DNA of 41,286 nucleotides from a virus, in the IMG/VR virus record IMGVR_UViG_3300045988_132604, one strand, 5' to 3'. The translations under genes were made by a program, and so were the position numbers. The stretch's first letter is position 1. Each line of letters opens with the position of its first letter. The notes under the pieces are model-generated. The model did not search any database. It was given only the letters and a program-made list of their open reading frames with translations, and was not told the origin of the DNA. Positions 32,955-39,600 of the stretch are shown in pieces.

Positions 32955-33808
32955 GCATACAGTTAATTCCGTACAAGCCCGCTGGCACGATAGGCAGCGG
33001 GCCTTATGTTTTGCGCGAGTATAAGCCTGATACGGGCATCGACATCTCCGCCCTCTCCATCACCTACACCGGCGCTCACACTGATTACGGCATGGTAACG
33101 ATGTCAGACGGCGCACGATACCGCCTTTTGGCGTTTACATCCAGCGGCACATTAAGCATAGAGCAGCCTGTCAACTGCGAGGTGTGCGTTGTAGGTGGTG
33201 GCGCGAATGGAACTGCTGGTGATAAGGGTTATACGTATACTGGTGGTGGTGCGGGTGCGTACATGAAAAATCAAGTCATAGAAGCATTTGAGGGCGGAGC
33301 AGTCGTTGTCGGAGCAGCTCAGGGTGCTTCGTCTATTGGGGACGTAAGTGTTAGCGCCGTGTCTGGTAAAAATGGTGGCACTGGTGGTGGTAACAAAGGC
33401 ACAGGTGATGGTCTATCTAAATACCCCTTTGGCGATACAACTTACTCATTGTGGGCCGATAAGCCGCATTGTGGTGGTGGTGGTGCCGGTGGAGCCTCTT
33501 ATAGATCAGGTCCAGATTCTTGGGATTCTTATTCGTATGGCAACGGTGGTTCTAATGGTAGTAATGGTGCTGCACAGACTGTCAGGGAGCGCCATGGAAT
33601 AGAACATGCTCCGGGTGGTTCTGGCGGTTTATATGGTGGTGGTAATGGTGGAAATGCCACATATGGTCAGTATAATGGTGCGAATGCAACTTATTATGGT
33701 TCTGGTGGTGGCAAAGGTGCCTACTATTCTTATTATGATGCCGATATCGGCAATGGAGGTTCTGGTTATCAAGGTATAGTGTATTTACGCATACCTGTAG
33801 AACAGTAA
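32951..33808 (+). CDS. Glycine-rich domain protein (tail-tip / fibre-associated)
   Basis: Start at MSIQLIPY (ATGA overlap). VCVVGGGANGTAG..GGGAGAY followed by many GG(S/N/T)G repeats. Gly is encoded almost exclusively by GGT. Confidence 0.7.
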   Translation: MSIQLIPYKPAGTIGSGPYVLREYKPDTGIDISALSITYTGAHTDYGMVTMSDGARYRLLAFTSSGTLSIEQPVNCEVCVVGGGANGTAGDKGYTYTGGGAGAYMKNQVIEAFEGGAVVVGAAQGASSIGDVSVSAVSGKNGGTGGGNKGTGDGLSKYPFGDTTYSLWADKPHCGGGGAGGASYRSGPDSWDSYSYGNGGSNGSNGAAQTVRERHGIEHAPGGSGGLYGGGNGGNATYGQYNGANATYYGSGGGKGAYYSYYDADIGNGGSGYQGIVYLRIPVEQ

Positions 33809-33818
33809 GGAGTGAAAT

Positions 33819-34094
33819 ATGAAATACGCAGTAGTAAAGGAAAATTTTGTGACAAATGTACTGGTCGCTGATGTGGCGCAGAAGGACGAACTTGAAGCTT
33901 CGTTAAATGCCGAACTGGTTGATGCTTCTCAATTCGGTCTACAAGTAGGCGATATGCGCGTAGGCACTAACTGGACGCGGAATCAGGACGGGGAACAAAT
34001 AACCCTGACCGAAAACGCGACATATGACGAGTTGGTGGCATACATAGCCACGCTTGAAGCAGCACTCAAAGGTACGGAGGTGACGGAAGAATGA
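33819..34094 (+). CDS. Hypothetical protein (91 aa)
   Basis: AGGAG RBS and ATGA overlap downstream. Confidence 0.6.
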   Translation: MKYAVVKENFVTNVLVADVAQKDELEASLNAELVDASQFGLQVGDMRVGTNWTRNQDGEQITLTENATYDELVAYIATLEAALKGTEVTEE

Positions 34095-34561
34095 TAGCAA
34101 GAGACACGTTGCAGGACAGGCTTACGGCGGCGAGAGCTTGGCGTGCAAACGAAGATAGGCGGGAAGCGGAGTACATAGCCGCAGGAGCCGCACAGGCGCA
34201 GGCAGCTAAGGCCGCTCCCGTTGCAACGGTGGGTATGTTTATAGATGGATTTGCGCCATGGGAAGCGGGAAAGGCATACAAACAGTATGACCTTTTTATG
34301 TATGATGGGAAAGTTGGCTTTTGCCGGCAGGCCGTTACGGCGGCGGCACACCAGCCGCCGTTCAGCACGGGCATGGAAGCGATTTACGGCGTTCGCCCCG
34401 CGCCCGATGATAACGGCGTGTATCCGTATGTGTACAACATGGCGGCAAGCGTGGGCATGAGAGTGCGCGAAGGCGATAACGTGTACGTCTGTACCCGCGA
34501 TATAGACCCGCTGCTATACCCGCCCTCACAGGTGGCAGCACATTTTACCAAGGAAGAATAA
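34091..34561 (+). CDS. Protein with a CBM5/12-like carbohydrate-binding motif (putative)
   Basis: WEAGKAYKQYDLFMYDGKVGFCRQAVTAAAHQPP resembles the W..G..Y..GD.V.Y.G..Y.C...H pattern of chitin-binding type 3 modules. Confidence 0.45.
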   Translation: MIARDTLQDRLTAARAWRANEDRREAEYIAAGAAQAQAAKAAPVATVGMFIDGFAPWEAGKAYKQYDLFMYDGKVGFCRQAVTAAAHQPPFSTGMEAIYGVRPAPDDNGVYPYVYNMAASVGMRVREGDNVYVCTRDIDPLLYPPSQVAAHFTKEE

Positions 34562-34576
34562 AGTAAAGGAGAACGT

Positions 34577-36100
34577 ATGAAAAAACCCTATTTAGGCTGT
34601 ATCCCGTCCCTCGCTGACCCGAGGGACTATTCATTATCCGTAGTTGCGGACGTGGAATACCCTGCAAAGTTTAATGTAGCCGACGTGCCTATATACGACC
34701 AGGGCAATATAGGGCGGTGCGTAATGGAGGCGCTTAGGAGCGCACCCCACGCCGCTACGGGCGTAGAGCCGGGCGCAACGTTTGGATATGGCTACTGGCG
34801 CAGCCATTCCAGAACGGGCATGATTATAGACGAGGCGTGTAACGGCTTTGTCCGTGACGGTATACCGCCCCGCAGCGTTGACAGCGCAGACCTTGAAATG
34901 CCTGAAGCTAAATACTATGCCGAAAATCATAAAGAACGCCTGCTTAAAGCCGCAGAGCCGTATAAGGGCTGGCAGTGGGCGCGTACCAACAGCATAAACG
35001 AAATCAAGGCCGTGCTGTGGAATAGCCGGAACAATCCCGGCTCGCGCTGTATCGTTGGCCTGCCGTATGTCAGGATACATAACGGCAGATGGAGGGTGGA
35101 CGGCCCAGCAGGCGGCCATCATGCTATGGCCATTGTTGGCTGGGACGATGAAATGAGAAGCATGGACGGTGCAAAGGGCGGCTTTATTCTGCGCAACTCT
35201 TGGGGTACTAAGGGAGGCTTTGGCATACCCGAGGGCGGCTATCTCTGGTGCGCATATGACGATATCCTGTGCGAGCGCTCTGTCTATGCCTTGATTCCTC
35301 CGGCTAAAGCAGAGCCAAAGCCCGAGCCTGCTCCCACTCCCGAGCCTGCGCCCGCACCCAAGGATGACGATGTGGTAGTTGTGCGTACGCTTCGCCTTAC
35401 AAGCCCGTACATGCGCGGTGATGATGTTAAGCACGCGCAGGAAAGGCTTATTGCACACGGGTACAATATCGCCGCTGACGGAGTTTTCGGCTCTGCCACA
35501 TATAAGGCCGTGCGCGAGTTTCAGGCGGCGAAGAAGCTGACGATTGACGGTATAGTGGGTAAAAACACCTTGGCCGAATTGGACAGGGAGCCCACTGTTA
35601 TTCCTCCCGCACCTGATGTGGATAAGGAACTGCGAGCCGACTTTATAGCGTACCTGTATGCACAGCTTGGCAGCATCTACTGCTGGGGCGGCAACGGAGA
35701 AGGCGCAAGCGACTCCCTGATAGACATTATGGAGAACAGCAGCGGCAATAAGCGCAGGGCCAAGGCGTTTCTGTCTAAACAGAAGAAGGCTGGCGTACAG
35801 AACGTCAAAATGTACGACTGCTCCGGCTTAATATCCCGTTGGCTACAGGATCATGGGCTTGCCAAGGCCAAGCGCAACTGTGACCATCTTTGGGCGATGT
35901 GCAAGGCAATAGCCAAGTCTGAGCTTCAGCCCTGCGACCTGCTGTTCCGTGGTACAGGCGACAAAAAAACGCATGTCGGCGTATATATGGGCAACGGCAT
36001 GGTCATCGAGGCAAGAGGCAGAGATTATGGCGTGGTGATCAGGCCCATAGATGCAACGAAGGGTTATTGGCAGTATTTCGGGCGGCTAAAAATGAACTAA
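34577..36100 (+). CDS. Three-domain endolysin: papain-like C1 peptidase, PG_binding_1, NlpC/P60
   Basis: C1 triad context QGNIGRCV, HHAMAIVGWDD and LRNSWG. PG-binding repeat GDDVKHAQERLIAHGY..DGVFGSATYKAVREFQ. NlpC/P60 YDCSGLISRW and HVGVYMGNG. Confidence 0.85.
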   Translation: MKKPYLGCIPSLADPRDYSLSVVADVEYPAKFNVADVPIYDQGNIGRCVMEALRSAPHAATGVEPGATFGYGYWRSHSRTGMIIDEACNGFVRDGIPPRSVDSADLEMPEAKYYAENHKERLLKAAEPYKGWQWARTNSINEIKAVLWNSRNNPGSRCIVGLPYVRIHNGRWRVDGPAGGHHAMAIVGWDDEMRSMDGAKGGFILRNSWGTKGGFGIPEGGYLWCAYDDILCERSVYALIPPAKAEPKPEPAPTPEPAPAPKDDDVVVVRTLRLTSPYMRGDDVKHAQERLIAHGYNIAADGVFGSATYKAVREFQAAKKLTIDGIVGKNTLAELDREPTVIPPAPDVDKELRADFIAYLYAQLGSIYCWGGNGEGASDSLIDIMENSSGNKRRAKAFLSKQKKAGVQNVKMYDCSGLISRWLQDHGLAKAKRNCDHLWAMCKAIAKSELQPCDLLFRGTGDKKTHVGVYMGNGMVIEARGRDYGVVIRPIDATKGYWQYFGRLKMN

Positions 36101-36114
36101 AGAAAGGTGTTTGT

Positions 36115-36429
36115 ATGGAATGGTGGGGATGGTGTGCGTCAATACTGGGCGCAGTTGTCCTTATCGCGCAAGGCATCAAGGCGATAAGGGAAATAATAGC
36201 CCCGGCATTATCTATGCGGGAGAAGCTGGAGAAGGTGCTTGAGCATGATTCAAACGATTTGAAGCGGTTTGAGGAAATCAACACAAAATTTGAGCAGCAG
36301 GAAGCCACAAACCAAGCTATTATAACCGGCTTTGTGGCCCTGATAAACCACGAGATAGACGGAAACGGAATTGACGGGCTGAAAAATGCCCGCACAGAGC
36401 TTTTACAGCACATAATCGAAAGGAGATAA
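36115..36429 (+). CDS. N-terminally anchored coiled-coil protein of the lysis cassette
   Basis: Start at MEWWGWCASILGAVVLIAQGI (a TM helix), followed by a charged helical region. Confidence 0.5.
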   Translation: MEWWGWCASILGAVVLIAQGIKAIREIIAPALSMREKLEKVLEHDSNDLKRFEEINTKFEQQEATNQAIITGFVALINHEIDGNGIDGLKNARTELLQHIIERR

Positions 36430-36430
36430 A

Positions 36431-36715
36431 ATGACAATGACTAACGAATTTTTTACTTGGGCGGTGCTTTTGACCTATGCGGGAGCGACCCTTGCAACCA
36501 GCCTTGTAACCCAGCTTATCAAGGGTGCAGGCTTTATCGACAAAATTCCCACGCGCCTGACCAGCTACATAATCGCGCTTGTGGTGCTTATAGCCGCCAC
36601 CTTTTTCACCGGCGGCCTGACCCTTGAGGCGGGTGCGCTGTGCGTGATAAATGCCGTGGTTGTGTCCCTTGCCGCCAATGGCGCGTATGATGCCATAGCC
36701 CGCGACCGGAAGTAA
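36431..36715 (+). CDS. Holin (three predicted TM helices)
   Basis: 94 aa. Hydrophobic segments FFTWAVLLTYAGATLATSLV, YIIALVVLIAATFFTGGL and GALCVINAVVVSLAANGAY, with a charged C-terminus. Confidence 0.65.
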   Translation: MTMTNEFFTWAVLLTYAGATLATSLVTQLIKGAGFIDKIPTRLTSYIIALVVLIAATFFTGGLTLEAGALCVINAVVVSLAANGAYDAIARDRK

Positions 36716-36782
36716 GCTTGCCGCCGCCCCTCTGCGACACTAAAAATGTCGGAGGTGATAGGCCGATGAGAAGCCGGCCTGT

Positions 36783-37022
36783 GTGGTGGACAAAAATATT
36801 TTGCAGACCCTATCCCGTGCGGAGTGGGAAGGGATAATCTATCAGCGGATTTTCTGTGAGCGCGACCGCTGGCTTGTGGCGCGTCACCTGCTGGATGGTG
36901 TGCCGTATGACCGCTTGACGGCGGAGTATCAGGCGCGGTACACCGATGCGCCGCTGGAGTATGACCAAATCCGCCGCCGATACAAGGCAGCGGAGAGAAC
37001 CCTTATAAAATATGCCCCCTGA
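36783..37022 (+). CDS. Small HTH-like protein (sigma region-4-like); start unresolved
   Basis: GTG start with no RBS. RWLVARHLLDGVPYDRLTAEY is region-4-like. An ATG at 36766 with a good GGAGGTGA RBS lies one frame off, joined across the A5 run at 36792-36796. Confidence 0.45.
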   Translation: MVDKNILQTLSRAEWEGIIYQRIFCERDRWLVARHLLDGVPYDRLTAEYQARYTDAPLEYDQIRRRYKAAERTLIKYAP

Positions 37023-37041
37023 TGGGGGCTTTTTGTTTTTT
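37014..37041 (+). terminator. Intrinsic terminator ending the late/lysis transcript
   Basis: gccccc tgat gggggc followed by tttttgtttttt. The stop codon lies in the loop. Confidence 0.8.
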
Positions 37042-37047
37042 GGGGGC

Positions 37048-37076
37048 TTGACATATGCTTGATGTTGTGGTATTTT
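37048..37076 (+). promoter_or_regulatory. Promoter of the repeat-mimic RNA cassette
   Basis: TTGACA (37048-37053), 17-nt spacer ending in TGg, TATTTT (37071-37076). The predicted start lies about at the first base of repeat unit R1. Confidence 0.6.
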
Positions 37077-37082
37077 AATAAT

Positions 37083-37173
37083 GTCATCCGGCAACGGATG
37101 AGGATTGAAATATTTAATTTTTCGTTTTTGCGTCTGGGACGCATGCCACCCGCTTGCGGGTGTGGATTGAAAC
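37083..37173 (+). CRISPR. Mini-array-like unit: two diverged type I-C-like CRISPR repeat mimics flanking a 33-nt spacer-like segment
   Basis: R1 37083-37111 gtcatccggcaacggatgaggattgaaat. R2 37145-37173 gccacccgcttgcgggtgtggattgaaac. Each has a 6-bp stem and tetraloop, then exactly 11 nt ending GGATTGAAAY. 20/29 identical, with a compensatory stem change. The spacer-like segment is atttaatttttcgtttttgcgtctgggacgcat. No cas genes in the window. Confidence 0.55.
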
Positions 37174-37182
37174 ATTATTTAT

Positions 37183-37206
37183 CTTTGGTGGGGTTTCAAA
37201 CCAAAG
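37183..37206 (+). ncRNA. Hairpin in the 3' part of the cassette RNA
   Basis: ctttggt / accaaag 7-bp stem. The loop ggggtttcaa contains GTTTCAA, which is complementary to the TTGAAAC of the R2 handle. Confidence 0.4.
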
Positions 37207-37238
37207 AAAAAGATGCACCGCAGTGTATCTTTTTTTTC
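37207..37238. terminator. Bidirectional intrinsic terminator shared by the cassette (+) and the 37341 gene (-)
   Basis: aaaa agatgcac cgca gtgtatct tttttttt. 8-bp stem (one G:U), with an A-run 5' and a T-run 3'. Confidence 0.8.
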
Positions 37239-37340
37239 TTTCCCCCGGTTATTTCACCCAACCCCAAAGATTTATCCAGTTTTTGGGACAAATTATCCGG
37301 TACATATAGGGCGGTATTGCCGCCCCTTGTCCTCTGCGCC

Positions 37341-37625
37341 TTAGCGGTTCAGCGTCTCGGCAGCGTGCTTGGCTACTGCCGCGTCATAGGCGGATTCGCA
37401 ATCCTCGTAGCTGTCAAAGTCTATATTCAGCTCATAGCACAGCGCCTCGACAAGATTCGGCTCCCACTCGGCATCGTCGTCTATGGCCGCTATAAGCTCA
37501 TCTGCCGTAGCCGTGCGGACTTCGCTGCGGGGGAAGTCTTTTTCCGCTACCCGCCACATGGGGATAAAATCTTCGCCATACTGCTCGCGGGTCTCGGTGC
37601 CTTCAATCGCTTTGTAAACCTTCAT
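37341..37625 (-). CDS. Small highly acidic protein (94 aa)
   Basis: GGAG RBS. About 24 D/E versus 9 K/R by my count. Driven by its own copy of the duplicated operator-bearing promoter. Confidence 0.75.
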   Translation of the reverse strand: MKVYKAIEGTETREQYGEDFIPMWRVAEKDFPRSEVRTATADELIAAIDDDAEWEPNLVEALCYELNIDFDSYEDCESAYDAAVAKHAAETLNR

Positions 37626-37626
37626 T

Positions 37627-37723
37627 TTTTTAACTCCCTTCGGGGCTTTGGCCCCTTGCTTTATCGTGGCTTTATTATACCATAGGTATATACCTACGTC
37701 AAGGGGTTTTTGCAGATTTTTTG
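37627..37723 (-). promoter_or_regulatory. Duplicated promoter-operator-leader element, copy A
   Basis: On the minus strand: TTGACG (37702-37697), a 17-nt spacer containing the perfect palindrome TAGGTATATACCTA (37683-37696), TATAAT (37679-37674), a leader hairpin ggggc-caaa-gcccc and the RBS. Nearly identical to 38972-39066. Confidence 0.8.
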
Positions 37724-37888
37724 ATTTTTTATGTCGGCGCGTATCAGGCCCTTGATATATCCTTGCGTGCTGGGCACATCGGCAAGACGGGCGAGGATGT
37801 CGCCATCTGTGCCGATGTTAAGCTTAAGGTATATGCCCTTGGTGCTTTTTTTGTCGTAGCGGGCTTGCCGCTCAAATTTTTTTTTCAT
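37694..37888 (-). CDS. Ribbon-helix-helix (Arc/CopG-like) protein, candidate operon autoregulator
   Basis: Start at MKKKFERQARYDKKSTKGIYLKLNIGTDGDILARLADVPSTQGYIKGLIRADI (beta-strand then two helices). ATGA overlap with the upstream gene. The last about 10 codons run into promoter copy A. Confidence 0.6.
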   Translation of the reverse strand: MKKKFERQARYDKKSTKGIYLKLNIGTDGDILARLADVPSTQGYIKGLIRADIKNQKICKNPLT

Positions 37889-38529
37889 TTTTTCATCCAC
37901 TCCACAAGCTTGCTGTACGATGGCCAGGGCTCCCACTCTGCTGCCATGTCCCTGATAGCCTCGGCATAGTCCTCGCTGCGCAAAATCTTTTCCATCGCCC
38001 TGCGTCCTGCGGCGCATTTATCTATATCGACACCCCGCGTAAATTCTTCCGCAGTAAAAAATGCAGCTGCTCGGGGATATTTAGATTCTATCTCTGCCAT
38101 TTTCACGGTAGGCTCTTTCGGCTTTTCACACCCGCAATGGTCTACAAATAGCCAATGCCTGATTGCGGCCTTGTAGTCGTCCCATGCTTTCCCTGCCGCA
38201 CGCACCTCGCTCATGCCCTCTATAGCCGCGCTCGATACCTTTAACGCGGCTATTTCGGCTTTTTCCCGTAGCAAATCATTATGTACATTGACTACTATGG
38301 TATCGGTCTCGCTGTCATAGCTATCGGGCTTGGCTCTGCATGACCAGTAATCAGCGTCGCGCTCTGCGCAGCTCATGCGCACCGGCACAAAATCTCCGCT
38401 TGCGCACATCCTACCCCAGCAATCGGGGCAGAATGTGCGGCCTATCAATTCGCGCATGTGGTCGCGGTCGTCCATCGTGCAATCCACCGTAGTGGTATGC
38501 CCACAGGCATATTCCATTTCGTATTTCAT
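37885..38529 (-). CDS. Hypothetical protein with an N-terminal CGH...CPDC zinc-ribbon-like motif
   Basis: Start at MKYEMEYACGHTTTVD (AAGGAG RBS). The N-terminus is paralogous to that of the upstream gene. Confidence 0.7.
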   Translation of the reverse strand: MKYEMEYACGHTTTVDCTMDDRDHMRELIGRTFCPDCWGRMCASGDFVPVRMSCAERDADYWSCRAKPDSYDSETDTIVVNVHNDLLREKAEIAALKVSSAAIEGMSEVRAAGKAWDDYKAAIRHWLFVDHCGCEKPKEPTVKMAEIESKYPRAAAFFTAEEFTRGVDIDKCAAGRRAMEKILRSEDYAEAIRDMAAEWEPWPSYSKLVEWMKK

Positions 38530-38548
38530 GGCGTTCTCCTTTTCTTTT

Positions 38549-38968
38549 TTATTTTGTTGCATTATAAGTGTTGATTACCTCGCGGCCCCACTCGCCGCGC
38601 AATGACCTGTCACGATTATCTATCCAAAATTTTGCCGTGGTATAGGTCTGTATAATCCATGCGATGCAGCGCATTGCATCCTCGTTGGGGCCAAGAGCCA
38701 TTATATCGTCTATTTTTTCTTTGCGGATTGCGTTTGCCCATGCGACCTGCTTCGGGGTTCCGTTCAGCTCGGGCCACTGCTTTTCCTTGCTTTCCTGCGC
38801 CGCCCGCGCGTCAATCGCCTCGCGCTCTGCCTGCTTGCGAGCCTTGTAGCATTCGGGGCATTCGCCGTGCGTCTCATACCAGCTGATTTTGCGCTCGCGC
38901 TCTTTGCTGGATCCAAACAGCTCTATCGTTGCAGAGTGTCCGCAGGAAAATGTTACATCGTACTTCAT
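38549..38968 (-). CDS. Hypothetical protein with an N-terminal CGH...CPEC zinc-ribbon-like motif
   Basis: Start at MKYDVTFSCGHSATIELFG...CPECY (ATG at 38968, GGAG RBS inside duplicated leader copy B). The track ORF is over-extended to 39085. Confidence 0.7.
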   Translation of the reverse strand: MKYDVTFSCGHSATIELFGSSKERERKISWYETHGECPECYKARKQAEREAIDARAAQESKEKQWPELNGTPKQVAWANAIRKEKIDDIMALGPNEDAMRCIAWIIQTYTTAKFWIDNRDRSLRGEWGREVINTYNATK

Positions 38969-38971
38969 AAT

Positions 38972-39066
38972 TTTTAACTCCCTTCGGGCTTGTTGCCCTT
39001 GCTTTATCGTGGCTTTATTATACCATAGGTATATACCTACGTCAAGGGGTTTTTGCAGATTTTTTG
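38972..39066 (-). promoter_or_regulatory. Duplicated promoter-operator-leader element, copy B
   Basis: TTGACG (39045-39040), the palindrome TAGGTATATACCTA (39026-39039), TATAAT (39022-39017) and the leader hairpin gggc-aacaa-gccc. Confidence 0.8.
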
Positions 39067-39106
39067 AAAAAATATTTTTGCCCATTAAATGCCCTATAAA
39101 TTCCCT

Positions 39107-39135
39107 CCCCGCGCCCTGATCGCGGGGCTTTTTTT
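39107..39135 (+). terminator. Plus-oriented intrinsic terminator insulating the downstream cargo cluster
   Basis: ccccgcg ccctgat cgcgggg c ttttttt. Confidence 0.65.
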
Positions 39136-39168
39136 ATGCGAAAATCAAGGCATAAGGAGGCGAAAAAA

Positions 39169-39600
39169 ATGTGGAATCCCAACCCCTTTTTTGGCGGCTA
39201 TCAGCAGCCCCAGCAGTACCAGCAGCGCACCGAAATTGCCCAAGTCAATGGCGAGGGCGGAGCGAAGGCGTACAGCCTTGCGCCCAATAGCAGCATCCTG
39301 CTGCTGGATACCACCGCGCCCATAGTCTGGCACAAGTGTACCGACAGCGCGGGGTATCCTACACTAACCCCGTACACCATCACACCGTATCAGCCTGCAC
39401 CGCCCGTGGACATAAATGACCTTGCGGCGAGAATATCAAAATTGGAGGATAAATTAAATGACGAATCCCATACTGCAAGCAATGAAGGCTGGAGGCCAGC
39501 AGACCCCGCAAATATCCCCACAGCTAATCGCCCAGGCGAAAAGCATGATGGGAATGCCCGCGCAAATGCAGCAGGTAATGCGGATGCTCGGCGGGCGTGA
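39169..39600 (+). CDS. Hypothetical protein with a Q-rich N-terminus; 3' end doubtful
   Basis: Start at MWNPNPFFGGYQQPQQYQQ (AAGGAGG RBS). The last about 45 codons overlap the next gene and look like off-frame Ala/Arg/Gly-rich sequence. Confidence 0.55.
   Translation: MWNPNPFFGGYQQPQQYQQRTEIAQVNGEGGAKAYSLAPNSSILLLDTTAPIVWHKCTDSAGYPTLTPYTITPYQPAPPVDINDLAARISKLEDKLNDESHTASNEGWRPADPANIPTANRPGEKHDGNARANAAGNADARRA

Noticed and set aside
37174-37238. A third, degenerate CRISPR repeat formed by the terminator hairpin (agatgcac-cgca-gtgtatct), which would make a two-spacer array
   Set aside because: The hairpin shares no sequence with R1 or R2 beyond being a stem-loop, and it is followed by a U-tract instead of the GGATTGAAAY handle. 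The intervening 37 nt folds into its own hairpin. It is most simply a terminator. The idea is noted only as a remote possibility.
37059-37685. 208-aa plus-strand ORF spanning the repeat-mimic cassette and the antisense of the acidic-protein gene
   Set aside because: It crosses two intrinsic terminators and a promoter, has no RBS and has low-complexity, odd composition. The minus-strand gene 37341-37625 has an RBS and promoter. It is judged a spurious read-through ORF. The same applies to 36810-37175 and 36929-37144 on the minus strand.
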